Part shown: in pieces, positions 1-8,174 of the stretch | How the letters are laid out: each line of letters opens with the position of its first letter | Position numbering within the stretch: the first letter of the stretch is position 1 | Virus record (IMG/VR): IMGVR_UViG_3300048861_000248 | Coordinates: 1-42,263 of that record | From: a virus | Taxonomy: Duplodnaviria; Caudoviricetes | Direction: 5' to 3' (one strand) | Length of the DNA stretch: 42,263 bases | Program-made: the position numbers and the translations under genes | Notes under the pieces: model-generated | What the model was told of the DNA's origin: nothing | The model's database searches: none | Seen by the model: the letters and a program-made list of their open reading frames with translations, nothing else

Positions 1-207
1 CTAGGAAGTAGGGACATTGGGGATCGGTTGTGTAGCCTTTACAGCAGCCGATCCCCAAATTTCTGCTGAGCTGATCCGACGGCTTGCACACTCGAGGATG
101 AGTTCGGCCACGCTCGGATCATCACTGGTTAGTTGACATCCGAGCTCCGTCGCTCTCGCCCCCACCACACGCGCCAGGCCGCGCGTCTCGGGTTGATGGT
201 TGGTCAT
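1..207 (-). CDS. Hypothetical protein, 68 aa
   Basis: ORF with purine-rich RBS (GGGGAGAACGAGGG) and upstream promoter motif. Confidence 0.5.
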   Translation of the reverse strand: MTNHQPETRGLARVVGARATELGCQLTSDDPSVAELILECASRRISSAEIWGSAAVKATQPIPNVPTS

Positions 208-240
208 CCCTCGTTCTCCCCTAGTTCAGTTGGTCTCCTG

Positions 241-262
241 AACCTACGGTCAGCATCCGACA
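241..262 (-). promoter_or_regulatory. RecA-NDp/PafBC-type DNA-damage promoter
   Basis: Minus strand TGTCGG-atgctgaccg-TAGGTT, matching TGTCGG-N10-TANNNT. Confidence 0.65.
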
Positions 263-468
263 CCTGGAACCGGCTCATCTTTTAAGTACCCCGGATCTTC
301 GGCCCCACTGTTGGGGGTAGAACATCCTGACTGTCCCCCAGATGGTGCACAAGGCGTTTAACCTTAACGTTTTCCGTTTAACTCAGGACGTGAGTGACCC
401 TCCACTGTGGGGCTTCCGTATACTCCACGGGGGCGTCAGACTGCTGCTGCAAGGATCGGAGAATCATC

Positions 469-1077
469 ATGCGCAAGGCAGCGCTCGCTCTCGTCGCGGC
501 GGCGGCTATTACGGTCGGACTCGTCGGATGTTCGTCACCTGGACCAGTCAAGGGCACTGTTGCAGCGGCACCGGTAGTCCATACCGCGACGGCCACTCCG
601 AAGCCGACGCCATCGAAGGCCGTTGCCGCTCTCGGTACCCGATCGAACCCGTTCCCGGTCGGCACGCCAGGTAAGTACGACCAGTCGTCGATGTGGACGT
701 TCAAGTTCGCGGCAACGAACACGGATGGGTGGGATGCGATACAGAACGAAACCGGTCTCGCACCAGCACCGCCCGCCGGGACGAAAGACATCATCGTGAG
801 CGTGACGATCTCGGCCGGTGCGACGCAAGAGGCTGAGAACCCGTACGACGACGTTGACTTCAACTATGTAGGTTCGGACGGCAACACGTATCCGGCGGAT
901 GATGCATGCGGCTACGTCCTCGCGGATGGCTTCGAGAACGCTACGGCTATGTACTCGGGCGCTTCACGGACATACACGGTGTGCTCGCAAGTCCCCGATG
1001 CCGCAATCTCGGGTGGCGCGTGGACTGCGAACTACAGTACGGGAGAATCCCCTACCGCGTTCTTCAAGGGCGCGTAA
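469..1077 (+). CDS. Secreted lipoprotein moron (DUF4352-like Ig fold; possible superinfection exclusion)
   Basis: MRKAALALVAAAAITVGLVG-C lipobox, Pro/Thr linker, YVGSDGNTY motif; opposite strand to the late genes; TATACT at 419-424. Confidence 0.75.
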   Translation: MRKAALALVAAAAITVGLVGCSSPGPVKGTVAAAPVVHTATATPKPTPSKAVAALGTRSNPFPVGTPGKYDQSSMWTFKFAATNTDGWDAIQNETGLAPAPPAGTKDIIVSVTISAGATQEAENPYDDVDFNYVGSDGNTYPADDACGYVLADGFENATAMYSGASRTYTVCSQVPDAAISGGAWTANYSTGESPTAFFKGA

Positions 1078-1106
1078 TCGGCCCGAGTCTGCCAGACTGA
1101 CTTACT

Positions 1107-1153
1107 GGGTCGCGTCCACACCTGATTCCCCCCGGAACTCGTGGACGCGACCC
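1107..1153. repeat. 13-bp inverted repeat hairpin
   Basis: gggtcgcgtccac ... gtggacgcgaccc. Confidence 0.6.
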
Positions 1154-1176
1154 TTCTGCATGCCCCCCGAAACGCC

Positions 1177-1208
1177 GAACCGCCCCCGCCGAAAGGTGGG
1201 GGCGGTTC
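1177..1208. terminator. Hairpin between convergent genes, probable terminator
   Basis: gaaccgcccccgcc-gaaa-ggtgggggcggttc. Confidence 0.7.
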
Positions 1209-1253
1209 TAATCTGGACGACCGATACGGCCCATCGTTTGAAACCCGGTTGGG

Positions 1254-3224
1254 TTAGGGCGTCCCGTAGAACGCTTTCTGGTTCGCGGCGATCGTCTGCC
1301 TGTTCGTGTCGGACAGGGCGGACGGCCAGAGTAGCAGTTCGGAAAAGGTCATCGCCTTCGGTGCGAGCGAGCCAGAACGGGTGATGCCGCCGAGGGTGAA
1401 GTTGTTGAACCCCGGCGACGCGGGACGCGTGTACGCGAACCCGTTGGATGTGTCCGCGGCTGCGTCAACCCATTGCGAAATCGCCGCCCCGGTGTCGACC
1501 GCCGACACTTGGTGGATGGTGTTGTTGAACACGGCCAACGTCGGAGCTGGTGTCACCGATGCCGCAGTGAACGCACCAGTCAGCACCGGGTATGCAGGAG
1601 TCCCAGCAGTGTCGGGCTGGATGAGGCCGTACTGAGCGACCCCGGCCGTGATCCCTTCCGACCAGGTACGACTTGTGGCACCCGAGTTCGCGGTGAGGAC
1701 CTGGCAGGCAGTCGCGGCCCCACTCGTGAACAGCACAGCGCCAGTTCGCAGGAGGCAGTCGTCGGTACCGTCGAAGGTGACTGCCGTCTTGCCGCCGCTG
1801 GTGATGAGCGCTCCCGCAGCCACAATCTTCGGCTGTGCTGCGACAGTTGCCTGAGCGAGGTCGCGGCCAGCACCGGACTGATCGAACCAGGTCGTCACGA
1901 ATGCGTCGCCGCTCCCAGCGAAGGAGAGCAACGATGCGGTGTCTAGCGCGCCGGAGACGAACCCGATGTTCGCGGTCGTGTTGTCGCTCGACCGTCGCAC
2001 CGTCACAGCGCTTCCTGAGTACGTGTCCCCGACCTTCCGCAGCGAGTACGCTTGAGCAGCGTTCGGCAGCCCCAGCACGGTCGTGACGGCAATAGTGCTC
2101 ACCGAAAGGGTCGTGGACGGGGTTCCGGGCCCGATGCTGTTCGATGCAGTGACCCGGAAGTCGTATCCAGTGGATGCAGTTAGACCCGTCACGGATCCGG
2201 TGTCAGCATTCACGGTTGGGCCGGTCGTCCACGTCGAACCACCCGTGAGTCGATACTCGATCAGGTAGCTCGTGGCTGTGGCTGTGGCTGTCCACGTGAG
2301 GGTGACACTCGAGGCTCCGATGCTGCTTGCGGTGACGCCGACAACCTGGCCGGGAGGGACGGGGGCTGCCACCTGGTACGGGGCGAGGCCCTGCCCGATG
2401 CGCTCGAACGCGTCGTACATCGCCTTGCCGTTGTACCGCTGGCCCGCAGCGTTGAAGTGGTTCCCATCGCCCATGTTCATTCCGACCGCGCTCAGCGCGA
2501 CGTCGGAGAGTGCGATGCGGTTCGGGGTGTCGAGATGCACCGTGTTGATCTGTGATCGGGTGCCGGTGCTGAGGTATTCCGGAACCATTGTGCCGACGAT
2601 GATCGGCAGTGTCGGAAGGCTCAGATCGGCGCGGAGGCCGTTGAACAGAGCATCCAAGTCGGTCTGATACTGCGAACCGGTGGTGTTGTTGTCGCCGTCC
2701 GTCTCCCCTTGCAGCCAAAGGGCTGCAACGATGCGGGCACCGGTCCCGGCCGCGGTGAGTGCGCTCTGCACCTGCGTGAGCATGTTCGCGTACAGGTTGC
2801 CTGCCACGCCCCCACGTCGCCATGCAAGAACAGCGTTCGAGGACAGCGGAGTGCCGCCGTAGGCGACCGGGACGAGGAGCACCTTGCGGTTGGAGGCGAG
2901 CTTCCGTGATGCGTACCACCGCGCGAATTGCAAACCCGGGCCAATTCCAGACGGGTAGTCGGGCATCATCAGCGGTTCAGACGCGGGCTTGATTGTGCCC
3001 TTCGTCGCCCCCTGATCGGACACCTGGAAGATGCTCGAGTTGATCGGATCAGTCGTTGCCGAAAATGGCGTCCCACGACCAGACATGTTCGACTGACCAG
3101 CGAGGATAACGATGTCGTAGCCGGCTGACGCTCCACTACCGATAGCAGCCTGTAGCGCGTCCATAACCACGTCGGGGAACAGGTATGTGTCCGGGTCGAC
3201 GGGAGCAATGGGCGGGTTAGTCAT
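1254..3224 (-). CDS. SGNH/SASA (CE6-like) acetylesterase + fibronectin type III + arabinofuranosidase-catalytic-like/LamG domain; probable virion-associated glycan-modifying protein
   Basis: GQSNM, QGETD and DGNH catalytic motifs; Fn3 pattern (VTLTW...YLIEYR...GL...YDFRVTASN); AYSLRK...VRRSSD...WFDQSG. Confidence 0.8.
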   Translation of the reverse strand: MTNPPIAPVDPDTYLFPDVVMDALQAAIGSGASAGYDIVILAGQSNMSGRGTPFSATTDPINSSIFQVSDQGATKGTIKPASEPLMMPDYPSGIGPGLQFARWYASRKLASNRKVLLVPVAYGGTPLSSNAVLAWRRGGVAGNLYANMLTQVQSALTAAGTGARIVAALWLQGETDGDNNTTGSQYQTDLDALFNGLRADLSLPTLPIIVGTMVPEYLSTGTRSQINTVHLDTPNRIALSDVALSAVGMNMGDGNHFNAAGQRYNGKAMYDAFERIGQGLAPYQVAAPVPPGQVVGVTASSIGASSVTLTWTATATATSYLIEYRLTGGSTWTTGPTVNADTGSVTGLTASTGYDFRVTASNSIGPGTPSTTLSVSTIAVTTVLGLPNAAQAYSLRKVGDTYSGSAVTVRRSSDNTTANIGFVSGALDTASLLSFAGSGDAFVTTWFDQSGAGRDLAQATVAAQPKIVAAGALITSGGKTAVTFDGTDDCLLRTGAVLFTSGAATACQVLTANSGATSRTWSEGITAGVAQYGLIQPDTAGTPAYPVLTGAFTAASVTPAPTLAVFNNTIHQVSAVDTGAAISQWVDAAADTSNGFAYTRPASPGFNNFTLGGITRSGSLAPKAMTFSELLLWPSALSDTNRQTIAANQKAFYGTP

Positions 3225-3237
3225 GGTTAGCTCCGTA

Positions 3238-3684
3238 TCAGGCCGAGTACAAGCCGGTCGTGGGGTCGTAGGTCAGAGATGAAGAGTCGGACACGCTGTA
3301 AAGGCCCGTTGTTGAGTCGTATGTCAATCCCGCCCCGCCACCACCGCCGGCTGCGGCGACTGCAGCGCCTTCAGGCGTTGTCGGATCGGCGAGATTCGCG
3401 GCGATAGCAGCTCGCACAATGTCCGGTAGTTGATACGTGGTCGAATCGACGGTGGCGACTTGCGAACCGTCCGGGTCGGGCAGCGTAACAATGCCTGTGT
3501 CTTCGTTACGGGTGATCGTCCCAATCGGCGTCAACGACGCCAACGGGGTGATGCCGTCACCGATCCACACACGGCCCGTATCGAACGCAACAACGATTTC
3601 CCGCTCGAGCGGTGTTTCGTTCGCGGCAATCAGGTCCGCGTACAAACCGCCGCGCTGCTGCATCCGTTGATTCGTCGTCGCCAT
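3238..3684 (-). CDS. Tail-associated protein with Mtd_N/hyaluronidase-N-like domain
   Basis: QQRGG...EREIVVAFDTGRVWIGDG motif; C-terminal LTYDxTTGLYS duplicated; ATG at 3684 overlaps the upstream stop. Confidence 0.6.
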   Translation of the reverse strand: MATTNQRMQQRGGLYADLIAANETPLEREIVVAFDTGRVWIGDGITPLASLTPIGTITRNEDTGIVTLPDPDGSQVATVDSTTYQLPDIVRAAIAANLADPTTPEGAAVAAAGGGGGAGLTYDSTTGLYSVSDSSSLTYDPTTGLYSA

Positions 3685-4076
3685 CAGACGCCTTCCTGAT
3701 CGTGAGTAGTCCGTTGATGTGTGGGCCACATTGAGTCGTCGTCGCGGATCGCAGCAGCCTTATCGATCGCTTCCTGCTCGCCTCTGGTGAAGATCGGCGG
3801 CGGAACGATTCGTGCCATAGCAGCACGGAGCGCATCGAATCCATCGCCGAGAATCCGCACACCAGTGCGTTGCCTATCCCGGTCGGCGATGAGGTCCGTT
3901 ATCTGCTGCTCCTGCTCATCAAGGCGCGCCCAAGCTTTCGTCAGAGTGATCTCTTCTGGCGATGGTGGCGGCTCCGGTGTCCGCTTCACCTTCAGCAGGT
4001 ACGCACCACTGATGACCGCTGCGGTGACAACGGCGAGGCCACCAATCCACGCCTCGAGCAGTCCCGGCGACATCAC
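3684..4076 (-). CDS. Single-TM coiled-coil membrane protein (lysis cassette)
   Basis: N-terminal hydrophobic helix followed by a coiled coil; position. Confidence 0.7.
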   Translation of the reverse strand: MMSPGLLEAWIGGLAVVTAAVISGAYLLKVKRTPEPPPSPEEITLTKAWARLDEQEQQITDLIADRDRQRTGVRILGDGFDALRAAMARIVPPPIFTRGEQEAIDKAAAIRDDDSMWPTHQRTTHDQEGV

Positions 4077-4480
4077 TTCACCTTCGAACGTCGCGCGATG
4101 TCCACCAACCGTGAGTAGGGGAACACAGACAAAGCGATCGGCAGGAACGTGGATGGCAGACTGCTGATCGACTTACCCACAGTGGCGTGGATGAAGATCG
4201 TTCCCCCGTACAGCCACAGGAGCATCAGCAGCATCAGCGTCAACGTCACTTCGATGGTGTGAGACCGGCTACGCGCGGACACGAGGACACCGATCAGTGC
4301 CCCCGCTGACGTCACAACAACCAGCAGCGACCAAACCAAAGTCCAGTTCGCGCCACTGACGGCGATCCACGAGGTGACGCCCGCAATAGAAGCCGTCACC
4401 CCGTAGGCCAACATGAGGGAGTACAGAACGATCAGCGCTGGGATCGGTGATGCTGGTTCGCCCATGTTTCGTTTCAGCAT
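4073..4480 (-). CDS. 4-TM membrane protein (holin-associated)
   Basis: Four hydrophobic segments, basic C-terminus; GGGGA RBS before ATG 4480. Confidence 0.7.
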   Translation of the reverse strand: MLKRNMGEPASPIPALIVLYSLMLAYGVTASIAGVTSWIAVSGANWTLVWSLLVVVTSAGALIGVLVSARSRSHTIEVTLTLMLLMLLWLYGGTIFIHATVGKSISSLPSTFLPIALSVFPYSRLVDIARRSKVK

Positions 4481-4517
4481 GGCGGTCCCCCTAAGAGATG
4501 ATCGGTTGGCTTCGGCG

Positions 4518-5069
4518 TCAGTTCTTCGGCGCGTTGGTGGCGTTGTAAACGCCGAACCATGCCGCCGCTGTCGCAACCACACCCATACCGATCTGCAGCC
4601 AATGCGTGTACTCGCTGCCAGCCGGAAGCAGGTACGTCGATGCGGCATCTGCTGCACCGAGCACTCCAGCCACGGCGGCGGAAATGTGCGCCTTCGTGGC
4701 CTTCGAGATGCCGATGATCAGGTGGTAAGTGCCGTCCGCTTCCTGCACAAGTTTCGGCTTCGTGGTCTTGTCTTCCGTCACCAGGTCAACTTCGCCAACA
4801 CCGGGAACCGAAACAAGGTCGCGGGTGTCGTCGGTAGCGCTCGGCGTGACAGTAGGCGTCGTGCTCGCGGCGTCCACTGCAGCGTTCGAGGCTGCAACAG
4901 TCGCGGAAACCGGGTCAGTTGCGACGTCAGTCGTGGTGTCAGGCGTCGGGTCAGCGACAACAGGTGCAGCCGTGTCCGGCGTTGCGTCAGTCGGTGCTGC
5001 CGGGGTTTCCGGATCCGTGTCGAAAGCGGTCAGGCCGTTCGCGTCAATGGTGGTCGTGGTGTCAGTCAT
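4518..5069 (-). CDS. Putative holin with long acidic Thr/Asp/Pro-rich N-terminal extension
   Basis: AGGAG RBS before ATG 5069; two C-terminal TM helices ending FGVYNATNAPK; follows the endolysin. Confidence 0.65.
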   Translation of the reverse strand: MTDTTTTIDANGLTAFDTDPETPAAPTDATPDTAAPVVADPTPDTTTDVATDPVSATVAASNAAVDAASTTPTVTPSATDDTRDLVSVPGVGEVDLVTEDKTTKPKLVQEADGTYHLIIGISKATKAHISAAVAGVLGAADAASTYLLPAGSEYTHWLQIGMGVVATAAAWFGVYNATNAPKN

Positions 5070-5097
5070 GATGTCTCCTGCTCGATGCTTCGGGGCT

Positions 5098-5853
5098 TTA
5101 CGGGTGCGGACGGTAGGTGCCATCGGAAGCCAGGTACGTCCATCCGTCGAGAACGGAAGCGTTCTGTGGGCCATCGACGAGGTTGTACGACGCCGGGTCC
5201 TGCTTCGCGCGGCTCGTGAAGAACGCGAGCTGCTTCGAGTTGAGGTTCTTAAGCCCGCCCTGCATGTGAGCCGGGTCCGGGTTCCACAGCCAGTTGTAAT
5301 GACCGGTGGAGTTCGGGATGGGGGTGCTGATGATCTCGAGCACTTGGTTCTCCTTCGGGGCAATATCAGCCGGCACAACGGCCGGCGTGGATGGGGTTGA
5401 TGCGTTAGCGGCGGCGTATGCGGAAGCGAGCGCTCCGAGATAGTCGCCTGTGTGACCGAGGTACGGGCGTTGCGTCTGAGCTGCACGCTGTTCGATGGTC
5501 ATGCGGCCCACGACATTGCCGTTCGCGTCAGTCGCGATGACCTTCCCGGTGGACGCGTCATACGTGCAGACGTCGCCGGCAGCCTTATTCGCGTCCGTCC
5601 GGGTCGGTGAGGCACCGAAGAAACACCAGGCACCGTCGAATGGCGCAGAACCGTCCACAACCTTGTGTTCCGACCAGTTCCACGCATCCATCGCAACCGT
5701 CGCGACTTTTCCCGCCAGACCGAACGGGGAGGTAACACCCTGTAGAGCCCAGATGGCGTTGTGCTCGAGGCACAGACCGCCAGGGTTGAACGGACGTCCA
5801 ACGTCCGCTGCAGCCCGTTCCCGCACGCCAGTGGAATCGATGATCGTCGTCAT
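5098..5853 (-). CDS. Putative endolysin, CHAP/NlpC-like peptidase fold
   Basis: GLC...AMDAW...GAWCFF...GDV...ATD...PYLG pattern; first large gene of the lysis cassette. Confidence 0.6.
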   Translation of the reverse strand: MTTIIDSTGVRERAAADVGRPFNPGGLCLEHNAIWALQGVTSPFGLAGKVATVAMDAWNWSEHKVVDGSAPFDGAWCFFGASPTRTDANKAAGDVCTYDASTGKVIATDANGNVVGRMTIEQRAAQTQRPYLGHTGDYLGALASAYAAANASTPSTPAVVPADIAPKENQVLEIISTPIPNSTGHYNWLWNPDPAHMQGGLKNLNSKQLAFFTSRAKQDPASYNLVDGPQNASVLDGWTYLASDGTYRPHP

Positions 5854-5948
5854 AGGACAACTCCCGGAGTCACATGCGGCTGACCGCCTTCGTCGGGGAT
5901 GTGGTCAAGGTCCGGTTCAGGACCATTAGGCCAGTTCGGGTCGCCCAT
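5850..5948 (-). CDS. 32-aa acidic Pro-rich peptide MGDPNWPNGPEPDLDHIPDEGGQPHVTPGVVL
   Basis: AGGAGG RBS; TGA overlaps the endolysin ATG (ATGA). Confidence 0.65.
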   Translation of the reverse strand: MGDPNWPNGPEPDLDHIPDEGGQPHVTPGVVL

Positions 5949-5961
5949 CACGGGCCTCCTT

Positions 5962-5988
5962 AACGCAAAAGACCGCCCTAAGGCGGTC
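5962..5988 (-). terminator. Intrinsic terminator between tail and lysis genes
   Basis: GACCGCC-ttag-GGCGGTC-TTTT on the minus strand. Confidence 0.7.
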
Positions 5989-6008
5989 GGTAGGTGAGCG
6001 GTGCTAGG

Positions 6009-6995
6009 TCAGGCGATGCGTGCGATGTTCAGCGACACACCGACGTTGTTGTCATCACCGGTGGTTTGGAACACGTACACGCGGAACGTTGTCACCGAAG
6101 TGACGCTCAGTTGGAACGATGTGGACGTGGTGTCTTCACCGACCGGCATGGACCCGCGAGCCCAAGCCGCCGATGATGAGTCGGACGGCGCGATCTCAAC
6201 GAACGTTCGACCGGTCGCTTTCTGCGTGCCATTACCTAGCGTCATCGTCGCCGTCATCGTGTAGATGCCAGGATCCAACGTGATAACACCGTTGGTGTCT
6301 TCGAACCATGATGCGGAGTTGTTCGTCACCGATGCGGTGTAAGCGCCGAAAGCGGAACGAATCGCGTTCCCGACGTCCTGCGTCCGGTAACCACGCCACA
6401 AACCTTGCTGTGGACCACCTGCCCAAACAGGAGCAGACGGTGACCCAGCGGCCTTATACGACCGCTTCGTGTCGTACGCGTAAATCGTCGTCCCATACAG
6501 GAACGACATCGGGTACATGGCGAGGACCGCAGATTCGGTAGCCATCGACAGGTGCGGTTCGATCCGAGGACGCATGCTGTACTGCGTCGAAGCCGCCAAA
6601 GTCTGCCCAGATGCGCGCACGAAACTGTACAAAGGTAGGAACTGCTGCCCGGACGTGACAGGCGGCGTCGTGCCCTTCAGCACCTGCACTGAGACAGGCA
6701 AGGTCGCGTTCGTCGGGTCGTAAAGCAGCCCGATCCAATACGTGGTCGTAGATGTCACTGCGGGAACAGAGACCGTCATGTTCGCATCGAGCTGATGCCC
6801 GAACCCAGCGACGACAGCCTGAGCAACACCCGTCATCGCAGACACCTTGATGGTGATCGTGTCGTTGGTGTTCACGACCAGTGCGTACGGTGAACCCCAG
6901 TCCTCAAGAATGCCCTGCTGGCCGGCACCGACAGCTTGCGACCACGCATCGTCCGTCAGATCAGTGCCGACGATCGGAAACGACGTCTCAGCCAT
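6009..6995 (-). CDS. Minor tail protein
   Basis: MAETSFP...W N-terminus typical of actinophage minor tail proteins; synteny. Confidence 0.7.
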   Translation of the reverse strand: MAETSFPIVGTDLTDDAWSQAVGAGQQGILEDWGSPYALVVNTNDTITIKVSAMTGVAQAVVAGFGHQLDANMTVSVPAVTSTTTYWIGLLYDPTNATLPVSVQVLKGTTPPVTSGQQFLPLYSFVRASGQTLAASTQYSMRPRIEPHLSMATESAVLAMYPMSFLYGTTIYAYDTKRSYKAAGSPSAPVWAGGPQQGLWRGYRTQDVGNAIRSAFGAYTASVTNNSASWFEDTNGVITLDPGIYTMTATMTLGNGTQKATGRTFVEIAPSDSSSAAWARGSMPVGEDTTSTSFQLSVTSVTTFRVYVFQTTGDDNNVGVSLNIARIA

Positions 6996-7003
6996 ATGTG
7001 CTC

Positions 7004-8167
7004 CTAGCTAGCTTTCAGAAGTTGGAGTTGCTGCAGCGCCTTCGCGACCTGCGTGTTCGTTCTCGACACGTACGCCGACGAGTCCCGTGAGCCGACGACA
7101 GCAGACACTGTTTCGGACTGACTGCCCGACTGCTGCTGCACCGTCGTCGTCACTTCACGCACAACATCGGTCAAGGAGATGTCGTCAATGCCGACGCCCA
7201 CGATGTCGCCCACGAACCAGTCGCGGCGGTACACCAGGTCAGGGCTGTCCGTGATCGTGAACGACACGGAAACCGGGTTCGCACCAGACGACAACGCATC
7301 GGTGCCGTATTGGGCGAGCTGCGTGTTATCAGTGGTGTCCCGTTCATCCACAAGCAGTTCGATGCGTGCACCCCAAAGCGCTTCCGCATCCGAGTCGATC
7401 TCTTGCACGAACACCCGGTCAGCACCAACACCCTGACCAGCAACGATCGCGCGGGTGACAGTCGGACGTGTCAACGTGTACGACCAATCAGAGCCGACAA
7501 CACCACCGACGAACGCGCCCGTTGTACCGAACTGCACATTCGCGGAACGATCAGTGACCGAGCGGACCGTCACCATCAGGTACGGACCCGACGTGTCCTC
7601 CATGTGCACGATTTCCACATGCAAACTTCCGGACTCCGCAATGTCCGCAACCGTCGTCCCCAACTGCTCGAGACGTCCGCTGATATTGACGGTTGTTCCG
7701 CGCCCCTGCGATGTCGGAACACGCAACGGAGCCAACTGACGGTCCGCGGTTGCTGCCGGCCCCATGTCCGCGTTGATGTACGCCAACAGGACCGTCTCAG
7801 CAGGACCAGACCGGTTGTCGTATGCGACCGGTTGCGCTGTGATCGCTTTCGTCGGATCTGGGAACAGGATGCCGTCGTTCAACCAGTCGGTGTCGGAAAC
7901 TCCGGACACTGTGGAAGTCTTCGCACCGCGTTCGATCGCGGTAATCGGACCCGACATCACCTGCACGTTGTCGCGGAACAGGATCACACCGTTACCTGGC
8001 GTGAGTAGCCCGGTCAAGCCATCGTTGAGCGCGGTAACCGACCATGTTCCCGGTGCTGCACCAGTGACGTTGTGCCGTTCAACGACTGTCAGGTTCGACC
8101 AGAACCGCACCGGGTCATACGACCGAAACAGGTTCTTGTCTCGAGGCTGAATCATCCAAAGAGTCAT
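7004..8167 (-). CDS. Minor tail/baseplate hub protein (ReqiPepy6 Gp37-like)
   Basis: TRAIVAGQGVG, RIELLVDERD and YRRDWFVGDIV motifs; follows Dit. Confidence 0.8.
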   Translation of the reverse strand: MTLWMIQPRDKNLFRSYDPVRFWSNLTVVERHNVTGAAPGTWSVTALNDGLTGLLTPGNGVILFRDNVQVMSGPITAIERGAKTSTVSGVSDTDWLNDGILFPDPTKAITAQPVAYDNRSGPAETVLLAYINADMGPAATADRQLAPLRVPTSQGRGTTVNISGRLEQLGTTVADIAESGSLHVEIVHMEDTSGPYLMVTVRSVTDRSANVQFGTTGAFVGGVVGSDWSYTLTRPTVTRAIVAGQGVGADRVFVQEIDSDAEALWGARIELLVDERDTTDNTQLAQYGTDALSSGANPVSVSFTITDSPDLVYRRDWFVGDIVGVGIDDISLTDVVREVTTTVQQQSGSQSETVSAVVGSRDSSAYVSRTNTQVAKALQQLQLLKAS

Positions 8168-8174
8168 CGCAGCC

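Noticed and set aside
280-440. CCCCAC/CTCCAC...GGGG imperfect repeats as att or integrase arm sites
   Set aside because: No matching copy at the other end of the window and too degenerate to assign
3238-3684. Diversity-generating retroelement suggested by the Mtd_N-like domain
   Set aside because: No reverse transcriptase and no TR/VR pair seen in the window
4518-5486. Extended ORF-track starts (5486, 4657, 8242, 27189, 30974, 32904, 40823, 40468)
   Set aside because: They overlap neighbouring genes; downstream starts with RBS, coupling or leaderless -10 boxes fit better
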